The notes under the pieces were generated by a model. It had not been told where the DNA came from and searched no databases. It saw only the letters and a program-made list of their open reading frames with translations. From Sminthopsis crassicaudata (lineage: Eukaryota), in the NCBI RefSeq assembly GCF_048593235.1, contig NC_133622.1, positions 182,342,001 through 182,406,000 of the forward strand: 64,000 bases of DNA, in the 5' to 3' direction. Of this stretch, positions 24,613 through 37,308 are shown piece by piece (position 1 is the first letter of the stretch; every line of letters begins with the position of its first letter). The position numbers and the translations under genes were made by a program.

Positions 24613-26459
24613 ATCTAAACTCATATTTCCCTAACAAAGAAACAGGTCCAGATAGAAGTGACTTGTTGAAGGTCTTAGAGTCTCAAAAGTAGTAGGATTT
24701 TCACACCTTCTCCTGAGTCCAAATTCACTGCATTGTGCTTCGTTATTTCTCCCAATCTACTGATTCTTCCTATCATTGTTGATATTACTTGGTCCTCTTC
24801 TCTCGTTCATCTCCTTTGCCCTGTACATGCCCAGTGCTTAAAAATTTTCTGCTCAGTTTGTTCATGTCAAGAAGCTCTCCCTCCTAAGGAAAGAGAGTCT
24901 TGGACCTCAGTAGGTCCTGCTGAGCCACAGTGAGAAGCCAAACATTCCAGCCTTGCTGGTCTCCCCCTCATTTCCTTCTCCCATTTAACAGCAATAAATG
25001 TTTTGTCACATTTTTTTATTGGGACAGGTGGATCTCGTTAGTTCCTCACTCCTCACTATTTCATGGGGGAATTGGAACTGGAAATTCAGCTGCTTTAGTC
25101 TGACCCAATGTTAGACCTGAAGAGGTGGGAGCTATTCAGCTCTAGCCCAGAGACAATGTCCTCACTGCAAGGCTGAAGTGGATTATTGGGAGTTAGAGAC
25201 GGATTCATCCTGAACTTGTCTAGCAAAGAAAGAATGGAGGGGTAGATGATGGTAAAATGTTTCAAGAACTGGGCTACCTTTTGAAATGGGGAGATTTTCA
25301 CAGATATGTAATCTTAGAGGACTCAGTATTGTTCTCTAAGACATAAGCAATGGCTGAAGGACCTACAGATTGGAAGAATTGAATTCAAATCATTCCTTAG
25401 ACACTTAAGGTATGACCATGGTCAAGCCATTTAATCTCCATGATCCTCCATGTCTTCACTTGAGAAATGATAATAATAACATCTACCTCCCAGAATTGAT
25501 GTGGTGATCAAATGAGATGATATCTGTAAAGAGCTTTGCAAACTTTAAAGGAATATGTGCAAGGGAGCTTTTATTATCCTTTAAATTGGAGAATAATACT
25601 TTCACTATGTGCCTCATAGGGCTGTTTTGAGGGGGGGAAATCTTGTAAACCTTAAGAACTGTAGAAGTGTGAGCTGTTATTATTAATAAAAGAAAAAAGG
25701 AAACTCTTCAAAATATTAATTATAAAGAAGAAACAGTGTAGAAAATGAACCCCTTGGCTCCTCTCCAGCTGAGCTGTCATGTCATCTGAGCTCTAGTAAT
25801 TCCCAGCCCATCACTTCCCACTCTGTAAAAATCATCTGGGTTATTGGCCTTTTGGTTCTCATGGAAAAAGAGCTATTTTATCTACATATGAATACTTTTT
25901 TTTCTTCCAAAATGCATTCCAGCATATAGTGGGCCTGGGGGTTTGTGTTGTTGTTTTTTTAATATAAAAAGTGAAGGAAATCATGAATTTCCGCTGAGAG
26001 GTGGGGAAAATCTTGGTGGTTTTGATGGGGTGCCAATAGTGCCTTCTGAGCCCATGAACTTATCACTGGTGAAAGAGACCTTTCTTTGTTAGAAGGATGT
26101 GAGTGATGGCTGACCTTTTGTATCTTCCTCACAAACTCAAACTCCAGACTCGCTGAGGAAGACTGAACTTGAGCTGACCAAGCTCTACTTTTATGGCAAA
26201 TTTATTAATCCAGTCAGATTGTGTAAAAGTCAAGAGATCCAGGAACTGCTTTCTTATGAGGAAGGCTCTTGTCATCAGGAGAAGCTGTCCCAAGTTCTTA
26301 CTTTACAGAGCCATAGGCCCACATAAAACGCCATTAAATTCAGAAGCACAGAAAGAAATCTTCCTGGGGATAAAGCATGTCCTTCATCCTTCCAAAGTTA
26401 TGAATGGTGTAGATTTTTCACCAGCAATTCAAAGTTTGTTATTATTTATAGTTTAATTG

Positions 26460-26705
26460 TGGCCGACTTTTCATGACCCTGGATAACAGCACATCAATTC
26501 TGTCTATAGGGTTTTTGGGGTAAATATTCTGGAATGGTTTGCCATGTCTTTCTCCAGATGATTATACAGAGAAGGAAACTAAGGTAAATAGGGATAAGTG
26601 ATTTGCCCATGGTTACATAGCTATTAATCTGTGTGAGACTGCATTTGAACTCAAGTTTTCCTGATTCCAAACCCAGCATTCTATCCACTAGGCCACTTGG
26701 CTATC
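26460..26705 (-). mobile_element. MAR1-like SINE
   Basis: ccgacttttcatgaccc...ggaatggtttgccatgtctttctccag...gcatttgaactcaagttttcctgattcc...ccactaggccac. Confidence 0.8.
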
Positions 26706-27789
26706 TCCTTTATAGCTTGATAGCTTTTTACCAATTACAAGGGGCTTACTTCACAAATATTGTTGTATTAGTTTTATTCTTATTTTACAATCAATCTATA
26801 ACTATATAGTAAGTTCATATTATGTGCCAGGTACTGTGCTAAGTACCGGGAATACAAAAAAGAGGAAAAGACAGTTTCTACTCTCACGGAATTTACAATC
26901 TAATGGGTTATAGATGATAAAAACTAAATTTGTGGAGAGGGGGTAATGTTCCCACAATCACAGAGTTAGTAAATGGAAAATCTACAATTCAGATCTTGGT
27001 CTTCTCACTAAAAACCAAAAATATTTTCTCTGCTCTTTAATAGTGAGACATAGACATTTATCTGTTTTCTTCCTGTGCCTCAGTTTTACTTTCTGTAAAA
27101 GGGATTGAACTATATCCTCACCAAAATTCTAATCAATTAATGAGAATTTATTAGATGCTTATTAACAGGTGTATTCCAGAAATACAAAGAAAGACAAAAA
27201 AAATTAAAAAGACCAATTGCATTTCATTCCCATAATGCTATCTAGTAAGCATTAGAGCCAAGGCTTGAATCTAAGGCTTTCTGATTCCAAGACCAGCAAG
27301 TGTTCCACAAGTGAATATTGAAGCTATATATTGCACTGTTTCTTCTTTACCCCACCATAGCAAGGCATAGAATGCTATTATCCCTCTGTTACAAATGAAG
27401 AAACTGAAACTCAAGGGATTATCTTGCCAAGTATCATGTAACCAGATGCCTCATACATGGGTACATCCACCTGAATTAGTAGTGTTGTTTCTGGCAACCA
27501 TCTCCCCAGAAGCACCCAAAACCTTGGGCTGCTAGTGTCCCTAATGCACATTTATGGGAGACAGAGTCCAAACAATGAAAATGAGTTTATCATTTGTTGT
27601 TTAAATGGAGCATAAAATCCTTCCATGCTGTTTCGTTAACAAATTAACTGATAAACAGCAAAGGCATCTTTTCGAAAGGGCCTGGTTCCTACATTTTTGA
27701 GGAGTCCTAGGAGGAAATAATTTAAACAGTTCTTAATTTTTATCCTTTTCACCTTCACTCAGGTGGAAAGGGAAAGGGAGAAAGGAAGG

Positions 27790-28035
27790 GAATAAATATT
27801 TACATAATACCTACTATATACCATGAAATATGCTAAGAAAATTTGAATTATTATCTTATTTGATCGTTATAACAATCCTGCAAGTTCGGTGCTATTATTA
27901 TCCCCATTCTATAATTGAGGAAACTAAAGTGACTTGCTCAGGGTTGTCCAATTAATAAGTGTCTGAGTGCAATTTTGAACTTATGTCCTTCTGATTCCAG
28001 GCCCAGAGTTTTATCCTTGTTCCACCTAGCTGCCT
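27790..28035 (-). mobile_element. MIR SINE (representative of many further MIR/MIR3 copies not listed individually)
   Basis: tatcttatttgatc...acaatcctg...attatccccatt...tgaggaaact...tttgaact...ctgattccagg...ccacctagctgcct. Confidence 0.85.
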
Positions 28036-28934
28036 GTAGGTACTTGCATAATAGAGAACTCCCAATTGAAACAATTCTTTCCGTTATTTTCTTCAACTTA
28101 AGAGTAGTTGAGAATTGCCTCAGAGACCAGTGACTTACCTGGAATGTCACAGCCAGGATATGGCAAAACAGGATTTGAACATGGGTCTTTCTTGACTTTA
28201 AAACCAACTCTCTATGCATTACCTGATACTGCATCTCTGTTTTTTAATAGATAGATTTTATTTTTTAGTAGTTAAGAAAAATCCGTTTTTAATAGATTTT
28301 ATTTTTTAGTAGTTAAGTAAAATCAGGTCTAAATCACATGATCACAGCCTAAATCTGGCGCTCTTGAATAATCATTCTATTCCACAAACACTCCTGAGCA
28401 TATACAATGTGCAAAGAGCTTTGAGCAAAGTGCTCAGGGAATTTAAAAGATTATCCAGATTGTGTCTGTGCCATTATAGAATTTAAGATCTCACAGGAGA
28501 ATTTTATATTTAATAATGACTCCCTGAAAAAAGGCAGGATGGGAAAGTTCTGCAGGACCCAGGGGATTGTCCTAAATGACTTCTAGAGATCGTTGCTTCA
28601 AGTATTGCTCTGATTGTACAGAGAGACTTGGATTTTGATAATGTTCCTTGAATGAATTAGTTAACAATAGTTAAAATGTGAAGGTTTTCTGTATAGGATA
28701 ATGTATTGGCCAAGTACAATGTTGTACATACAATATTTGCCTAGTAATAAATGCTTATTAATGAGTGAATGAAAAAATAAAAGAGCTTCCAGGGTCCCTT
28801 TCACTTTTTAATTTGGTGTCTGATTCCCAGAAGGAATTAAATTTTTCCTTGGTTAGTTCAGTGCATGTAGGAGATATTTAATGTGTGTGGGTTGTATGGT
28901 AGAGAAAGTATACACAAACACACATGTGTATATG

Positions 28935-29400
28935 TTGTTATTTGTCTTTCATTCTCGAAGAGGACCATGACATCAGGAGATGATGCTGTGACATGCAAGT
29001 GAATTGGATGTAAATGAGGGAGGGCTGGGCAGGTCACCTCACTTTCCCCTTCAGGTCTATCTGGGTCCTGTAGCAAGATACAGATCAGAATGACTGGAGA
29101 TGGCCCTGGATGAATTGGGAGACTTTAGTCTTTTTAAGCTAAAAGTCTTCAACAGGTCTCTGTTTGATTGAAGCTGTACCCACTCAGTGATTAAGGCTAA
29201 GTAGCAATTGAGACAAAGAATCTCCTCTTTTACCTAGTCCAAAAAAAATCTAGATAAATAAGTAAATAAATCTGGGAAGGGAAGACCTTAGGGTTTTTGG
29301 CCAAAGTAGAAATGATTGCTATTTACATTAAATCTGAGTCAATCAGGACCCAAACAGTGACCAAATAGAACTTGGCCTGGGACCAAAGAGAATCAGAGAA
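28935..29400 (-). mobile_element. RTE-tailed marsupial SINE, longest reverse copy
   Basis: gttgttatttgtctttcattctcgaagaggaccatgacatcagg...gactggagatggccctggatg...ttttacctagtc...aatcaggaccc. Confidence 0.85.
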
Positions 29401-32154
29401 GTTTTGGTTTAAGAAATGATCCTTAAGATAGAAATCTAACCTCAAGATATTTGGGGAGGTTTTGGAGATCTAAAAGAAAACAAAGCTTTTAAGAGCGCCT
29501 GGAGGAAAGGGTATGATATGCTATGTGGATAGAGGGAAGGAAGGAAGGTAAGGAGGGTGAAGGAAGAAGGAACATGTATATCTGCCTATAGATTACATAT
29601 GTATTTATACTATAAGTCTATCCATGTGTGTATGCATTTATGTATTCATATAGCTATCAATTTATCTATCTCTACTTCTATTTTTATCTTTACCTCAATC
29701 CATGCATATAAACCCTATAAATTTATTTCTCTGCCTCTATCTCTACTTCTTCCTTTATCTCTACTTCAGTCCATACATATAAACCCTCAGAATAGCAAAT
29801 GGCATCTTGGGTATTTTTCTACTATACAATCCACACATATTAAATACCTCTTATGCATATTATCTAACCATGGAGTGATTAAATTCCCTCAAAATTACAA
29901 ATTACAAAGTGAAAGGTAGCCTCTAAGTTCCTTGTTTTGTCCATTGAGTGAGCACACATATGTTTACTTATTAAACAACGCATTATACATATATGCACAA
30001 ATACATGATATATCTAGGTACAGATGTGCATGTATTCTGCACATGCATAAATAATGGATGTTTTAATAGATAGATTTTATTTTTAGTGGTATGTGTGAAC
30101 ATACATGTATATGCACAGATATACATGTATGTGTGTCTGTATTTCCAGTTATATAAATCCCATTCTGTGTATTTCTTGTGAGACTCTTTTGGGAACAAAG
30201 GCTGTTTCTTTTTCTCGCACAAAATGAGGCGAAGACCATTTCTCTCTCCTGCAGCCAGGAACATCTTAATTTCTAAAATAAGGATTGATAATGGGAGCTG
30301 GGACAATGGGAATCCCTTCATCCTTTTATCCTGTGCAAACACATCCTTGGAGAGGGGAATAAAGGCGCCTCCTTGCTTTTGTTAACCTGAAGCCTTCATG
30401 AAGCAGTTCCACTATGCCGAGGTTTGAATGGAATAGTGGGGTTGCTTTGCTGCACCTGGACCATCAGTGCCCATAATGAAAGCTTGAGGTTTGTTTCTGA
30501 TCTGTCAGACAGCATTCAGTGAAAGATACAGATGGGTAATGATTTGCCTGTCCTTTCAAAGTGTCTATTGAAGTCTTCAAAGGGGAATTCTATGTTGAGT
30601 TTCATTATAATCGTAACTCACATTTCTCTAGCTCTTAAAGGTTTACTTGCACCCTCTGGACCCTTTCCCCTTAATCTGTCAAATCCCTGCAAGCAAAAGG
30701 AAGCAAGGTGGGGCTGAAGACCATTTCATGTTACTGTTGGTTTCATGCATCACCAGAGACAAAGAGTTCCTCACTGGGTCGCCAGCCTCCTGGTGAGGAT
30801 TGTCTCCGTGCTTATATCATCTGGCCCTCGGACGGGATGCCCGGCTGGTTGCTGGGATTGTGCTAGTCTCTGGGAGCTCAATTTATCTCTAGCTCCATCG
30901 AATTTGCCCTGCCAAAAGAGCTTTTGAGAACCTAGGCTCATTGCCATGGTCCAGTGAAGTTTTGGTCAGAGGGAAGTGTGGTTAGTGGAAGATTCATTCT
31001 CGGACTTGTTCTGGAGAGAAAGTAGAAAGATCTGAACTCAATGGTCCCAAGCTGGAATCCTGGCTCTGTTATTTGCTCTGCTGAGGCAGTTATAGTCTAG
31101 CATCCATAGCATGTCTAGCTCTAATCTATAGTAATAATAATAATAGTTAGAAATTTAAGATTTGCAAAAAAAATTAGCAAATATCACCTCATTTGACCCT
31201 CAGAGTAATTCTGGAAAACCAGTGCTATTATCATCATTCTCATTTTACAGATGGAGAAACCAAGTCTAAAAGAGAGCACTTAACTTCCTACCTGTTTTGA
31301 GGCAAGATTCAAATACAGGTCTTCTTGATTCCAAGTTCCATGCTCTATACCTTATGTCGGAAGGAACTAGTTGTTGAGTCCGTCTCCTTCACTTTACAGA
31401 TGAGATCCAAAGAAATTAGCAGCGGCTTGTCTGAGGTCACAGCTATTGTTTGAGACAACAGTTGATTTCAGGTTTTCCTTCTCTACCCACTGTGCTTTCT
31501 AGCATTTGCATTAGATGTTGATAAAAGACATATGGGAAAACCATTGAGGAATAACAGGGGACCATTCTGGGCATTGAGATCGAATAAACAAAATATCAAA
31601 GAACCAGAAATTCTTTAGTATGTTGGCTAACTCCTCCATGGAAGATGTGTATAAGGACATAGTTAAAAATTGTCACCTGAAAAAAATATAATATAAGATG
31701 CTTATAAAAAATTTGTGACCTGTCTTGGAAAATCCCTGGGAGAGCAAGTGTTTGATGTTTTCAAAACACATTCCTCATAATAACCTTGTAAGGTTGGCTG
31801 TGGTATGTCATTTTACAGATGACAAAACTGAGGCTTAGAAAAGCTAAATCATTTCCCCAAGGTCACCTAGCAAGTAAGGAGCTCTTATTTGAATCTGGAG
31901 CATTCTGATTTCAAGTCTTCCCAGCATGCCAGATTGCCTACCTCTCATTCAGCATCTCTTTCTGTGTGAATACATGGCAATGAGTCATAGCTGATTGAAC
32001 AGATATTTAGAGAGAATGGGGCAGTAGAGGATGTACCAGGATGTACATGTTTCCCACAGATGTTTGCAAACAGATTAAGCAAGGGGTTGCTTTGCTAACC
32101 AGGTGCTGTAGGCTGTTGGTCTCCCCCTCCCCTTTCCTTTCCCCTCTTCTCCAG

Positions 32155-32313
32155 CTCTAGGAACACACAATGTCCCCCCAGTGTCTTCGGTTTTCATTGT
32201 ACATGAACTGCTGGGTTCTGAGCAGATGCCCACACCGGGCACAGGCAGCCATTTGTATTCCAAGGCATGTGCCCCCGTTTGACTGGCTGTTCACACCGAG
32301 CCGGCTTTCTCAG
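32155..32313 (+). other. Candidate exon (5'UTR or coding; ATG at 32170 opens 48 codons to a phase-0 donor)
   Basis: Very long pure pyrimidine tract ctccccctcccctttcctttcccctcttctccag; donor CAG|gtaaag; unique, GC-richer sequence. Confidence 0.45.
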
Positions 32314-33091
32314 GTAAAGGCTTCAGCCAGAGGGCTACAATTCACTCAGCAGGTACTTACAAGGTTCCTAACCCAAGCTAATCCCTTCTTTGTTATTTCT
32401 CCATCCAGTGAAGTAGGCTGTTTTATCCCAACCTGAGCTAGGCTGTATTAGTAAGAAGATTAGATCCCATCTTGTAAACCTCTGATATAGATGATTAAAA
32501 TCATAGAACTGGGGCTTCCAGAGATCAGCTAAATCTAGTTCCTGCCCTTATTGGGAGGCTTGGGCAATGACTGTGTTCTTAGAGATCCTTAGGAAAGGAG
32601 ATTCCCACAGCTATGGGGACCAGTTCTTCCACACAGCGCAGCGTGACGCCCTGGAAAGGACACTGCACTTGGGAGTCCAGCTTGGAGACCCATCCGTATC
32701 AAATTCTGGCTTTTGAATTTAAGAATTATGGACAAATCGTTTCTCTTTCCCTAGCTTCTTTTGCCTCATCTGTAAAATGGGTCTAATAATACTCCCAGTA
32801 TCTGCCTTACAAAGCCATTGTGGGGAAAGCTCTTTAAGAACACTAGGGACTTATAAACTGTTGTTGAATTTACAGAGAGAATCTCACCCTATTTTAGTCA
32901 TTCAATCAGTAAGCATTTATTATGTGCCTATTATATGCCAGGCACTGGCACTAGGTACACAGAGACATAAATCAAATAGCCCTTGTTCTCAAGGAGCTTA
33001 CATTCTATTTCAAAGCCTATGATGTGCTAGAAGGAACTGGGTTTTTATCAGCTTAATGAACTCATGGGGGCAACTCACTCCAATGCGGATC

Positions 33092-33258
33092 NNNNNNNNN
33101 NNNNNNNNNNNNNNNNNNNNNNNNNNNNNNNNNNNNNNNNNNNNNNNNNNNNNNNNNNNNNNNNNNNNNNNNNNNNNNNNNNNNNNNNNNNNNNNNNNNN
33201 NNNNNNNNNNNNNNNNNNNNNNNNNNNNNNNNNNNNNNNNNNNNNNNNNNNNNNNNNN
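33092..33258. other. Assembly gap (167 N)
   Basis: Run of N. Confidence 1.
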
Positions 33259-34324
33259 GAATATAAAAAGGGAATGATAATAATAGCTGACATTTGGCTG
33301 ATGCTTCATCATTACAACCTGATGTGAGGCGGATAGCACAAGTAGGCTTTGTCTCTCCCTTATAAAACTGAGCTTTAGAGGGTTGAAATGACCACGATCC
33401 CATCGTTTGTAGGGAGCAGACTTGACTAGATCTTTTAACTCTAAATTCAGTGTACTTTGTATTTGGGACACTTGTATTCCAGCATTTCTTGCAAAATTCA
33501 CATTTCTAAAGCTCATTGAGTTTTGTGAGAGTGTAACTAGTATAATGATTAATATTATTATCCTCATTTAGCAGATTAGGAAATTGAGACTCAGAAAGCT
33601 TAAGCAACTCCCTCAGAGTCACACAGCTAGGAAATAATTGGGTTAGGGTTTTAACTGAGTTCAACTGACTCTAACTGGGATGATTTTTCTGTGACACTGT
33701 GTGGCTTCCAGATTTATCTCCATCACCATTAGAATGGTGGGTTATTTGAGTTCATTTTTTAGTAGAAGTGATGAATTGACATAAATTTATTTTCTCTTCC
33801 TTGGCCACCCTTGGGATCAACTGTCTGCATTTATAAGGATTTATTCTGTAGCCTTGGAACAGAGCCATCCTAATTGGGCTGTGGCTGTATGGGGATGGAA
33901 CCTCTGACCTTGGCCTCATTAGCACCAGGCTCTAATTAACTGAACTAATCAGCTATGATCCTTAGGAAGGTCCCTGGCCAGAATTCTGTTCCATCAGAGC
34001 CTTGGAAAGGCATTGTCTTACTGGTATTCTCAAATATGTGACTCCTGTGTCATAGATTACCATAATCATCGTAATGAAATTGTACATTTCTACATTCTCC
34101 TCAATAAAGCCCTTTTCAAATATTGAAATGGAGAAATTGTTAATCCCTTTTAATAGGCGCTGGGAGAAGTTAAGTGACCTGCTGATTGCCACATAGTAAA
34201 TGGGAGAGCCAGGATTTGAACCTGATCTAGTTGCAAGTCTAGTGCCCTTGCATGACATCATACTCATATTGCCTTCCATCAGCGAAGGACAATCTTGTAC
34301 AATATATTCATGTGTATTATTCAG

Positions 34325-34610
34325 TCATAGAATCTAGAGAGGGAAGGGAACTTTGTGATCAATGAGTCCACCTTTTGGAAAGAACTTTGGGAGTAATTTT
34401 TGGTGGGTCACCCCCAATCAGAAAAGTGAAACCCTCATAGCTATTCCTATGATTATACAGCCTGTGATGGAAGACCTCCTTTGAGTGAGATCTTACTATC
34501 TCCTGAGATAACACATCATCATCTTTGGACAGTTTTAACTCATATACTTTCTGTCCTCTGGCAACGACAGACAAAGATGAATAATTTCTCTTTAGAGAAC
34601 TGGAGAACGT
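34325..34610 (-). mobile_element. CR1/L3 3' end fragment
   Basis: tcatagaatctagagagggaaggga...cagcctgtgatggaagacctcc...gagatcttactatctcctgag...tttggacagttttaact. Confidence 0.65.
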
Positions 34611-34639
34611 ACTCAGTTATTGATAACAATCGCAATCCA

Positions 34640-34845
34640 TGATGCAGTGGATAGAGAACATGAAAGCCTGATTTGGCCACAGACACTGTGTGACCCTGGG
34701 CCAGTCATTTCACCCTGTTTGCCTCAGTTTCCTTATCTGTAAAATGAACTGGAGAAGGAAATGGCAAACTACTCTAGTGTCTTTGTCAAAAAACCCTAAC
34801 TGGTATCATAGAGTGATGACTCCAAATCATGACTGAAAATGAATC
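34640..34845 (+). mobile_element. MAR1-like SINE
   Basis: cagtggatagag...gtgtgaccctgggccagtca...gcctcagtttcc...ctggagaaggaaatggcaaactactctagtgtctttg. Confidence 0.88.
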
Positions 34846-35340
34846 AATAATCTTGGTGATTATATCTCAGGTATAGTTCTTCATTGTATGTTGTCACAAG
34901 AACCTTCCGAGATACTTATGAGTGTTCCTTGTTTTACATATAGGGAAGTAGATAGTGGCTTGGCCAAATGTAGATTTGAATTCAGAGCTTCTGACTCAAA
35001 ATCCAGTCCTTTTCCCCCATTAGATATAGGGAAAGAATGCTAATGATGGAGTTAGTAGATAAAGGTTCAAATCCTGCCATTATCTCTGTGACTTTCGGCA
35101 AACCATTTAATTTCTGTTTTCTTATCTGTGGATTGGATTGATTCTCCTTTAAGACTACTTTTTCTGAATCTTAGAAATTTAGAGAAATTTAGTCTTAGAA
35201 ATTTTCAGCTCTGCCATTTAAAGCTGAATGACAGCAGTTTGTTATCTGTGGATATGATACTAATAGTGCCTACTTCACAGAGTTGTTAGGAGGAAACTGC
35301 TTTGGACTTATCAAAGCTCTCTAGAAATGGAAGCCATCTA

Positions 35341-35758
35341 ACAAGACTATACGATGGTCAATTCGGATGGACGTGGCTCTCTTCAACAGTGAGATGATTC
35401 AAACCAGTTCTAATTGTTCAGCGATGAAGAAAATCATCTACACCCAGAGAGAGACTCTTGGGAACTGAGTGTGGACCACAACATAGCATTCTCACTCTCT
35501 GTTATGTGCTTGCATTTTGTTTTCTCTCTGTTTTTTTTTTCTTCCTTCTTGATCCGATTTTTCTTGTGCATATAAATATGTATACATATATTGGATTTTA
35601 CATATTTTAACATATTTAACATGTACTGGACTACCTGCTATCTAGGAGAGGAGGTGGGGGGAAGGAGGGGAAAAGTTGGAACAGAAGTGTTTGCAAGGGT
35701 CAAGTGTTGAAAAATTACCCATGTGTATGTTTGTAAATAAAAAGCTTTAATAAAAAAA
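35341..35758 (+). mobile_element. Marsupial L1 3' end
   Basis: Homologous to 3360-3740, retains the G-rich tract, ends aataaaaagctttaataaaaaaa. Confidence 0.92.
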
Positions 35759-36860
35759 GTAATGGAACGATCAATTCTTGCTAGCTTACATTATATTCTT
35801 TGTTTCTTCATGAGGAAAATGTCTTTGCTAACATATTAGGCTTTGACATCCAATATCTCATTGTGGTTTCATTCTTTCCTTAGTCTGTAAAAATAGGGAA
35901 AGAGTTAATTTTTTTTTTCAATGGCATCTTGGAGATCATGGAATAGAGGAACTGAAGGAAGGATGGCTTAGAACCCAATCACTACTCCACAGGGCACAAT
36001 CCAGACAGCAAACCAGGAAATAAGAAAGTTCATATAGAGTTGAAGAGCAGGAGGAGGGGAAGGGGTAATCCGATGGGAGGGATTCCATTGGAGTTTGGCC
36101 AAGCTATTTTTTTTTTTTTTTTGTGAAAAGACCCATTGATTCTAGAATGATTATGGAATAATTAGAGCATCTCCCCCTTTACCACCCTGGGTCATGTAAT
36201 GGTGTGTCCTCTCTCAGCTGCCGGAAGAAATGGATCCATAATTTGTAGTCCTGCATTATGTGGAAGGTTGAACTAGGTGACCTTGTGAAGCTCTTGATAA
36301 TAATGATTAATAATAGCTAGCACTTATGCAGCACTTTAAGATTTGTGTCTTAACATAAACAGTCTCATTTGGTCCTCACAACAACCTGGGTGAGGGTGCT
36401 GTTATCACCTCACTTTTACAGATGGGGAAACTGAGGCATACAGGGGTTAAGCTATTTAGTGGGTTTTTGAAGTCGGGTTTTGAACTCAGATCTTCCTGAA
36501 TACCAATTCAGCACTCTAGCCTCTCCAGCATGAAGCTGTCTTTTTATTTTAAGAGTATGATTTTATGATCTTACTCATCCATTGTGTCTCTAAAACCAAC
36601 TTGGCAAGTCTTTCATTGTGCCATAGGGAATAGGGAAATGGACTTGGCGTCAGTAAGACCAGTCCTGGAAGTGTCTGATGCACTCAGATACTGCATTTGA
36701 TGCCCAATTGTTGAGTGAACAGGATCAGTCTCTTACATCTAGTGTCCTTCCCCTGCTATCAATTTTCCCTTCATTTGAATCACAGCTTCAGGTGGCCCAG
36801 TATGAGATCATAGATTTAGAACTGGAGGAGACTTTAGGCAGCTCTTTATCTAACTCTCTT

Positions 36861-37308
36861 AAAAAATAGCTTTTAATTTTTTTTCAAAATACATGCAACG
36901 ATAGTTTCCAACATCCACCATTGCAAAACCTTGTGTTCTAAAATTTTCTCCCTCCTTTCCTCTATCCCCCTCCACTAGACAGCAAATAATCCAATATAGA
37001 TTATGCAATACAATTCTTCTAAATGTATTTCCACATTTATCATGCTACACAAGAAAAATTAGATCAAAAAGGAAAAAAAATCAAAAAAGAAGCAAAAACA
37101 ACAACAAAAAGGTGAAAATACTATGTTGTGATCCACACTCAGTCCCCACAGTCCTTTCTCTGGATGCAGATGGCTCCCCATTGGAACTGGCCTGAATCAC
37201 CCCATTGTTGAAAAGAGCCAAGTCCTCCACAACTGATCATCACAAAATCTTGTTGCTTGTGTACAATGTTCTCTTGGTTATGCTCACTTCACTTGGCATC
37301 TGTTCATG
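36861..37308 (-). mobile_element. Marsupial L1 3' end inserted in a MIR3
   Basis: L1 3'UTR on the reverse strand; imperfect TSD tatctaactctctt / tatccaactctttt. Confidence 0.9.

Noticed and set aside
28130-28145. Strong minus-strand donor CAG|GTAAGT
   Set aside because: It lies inside a MIR SINE and is part of the repeat sequence.
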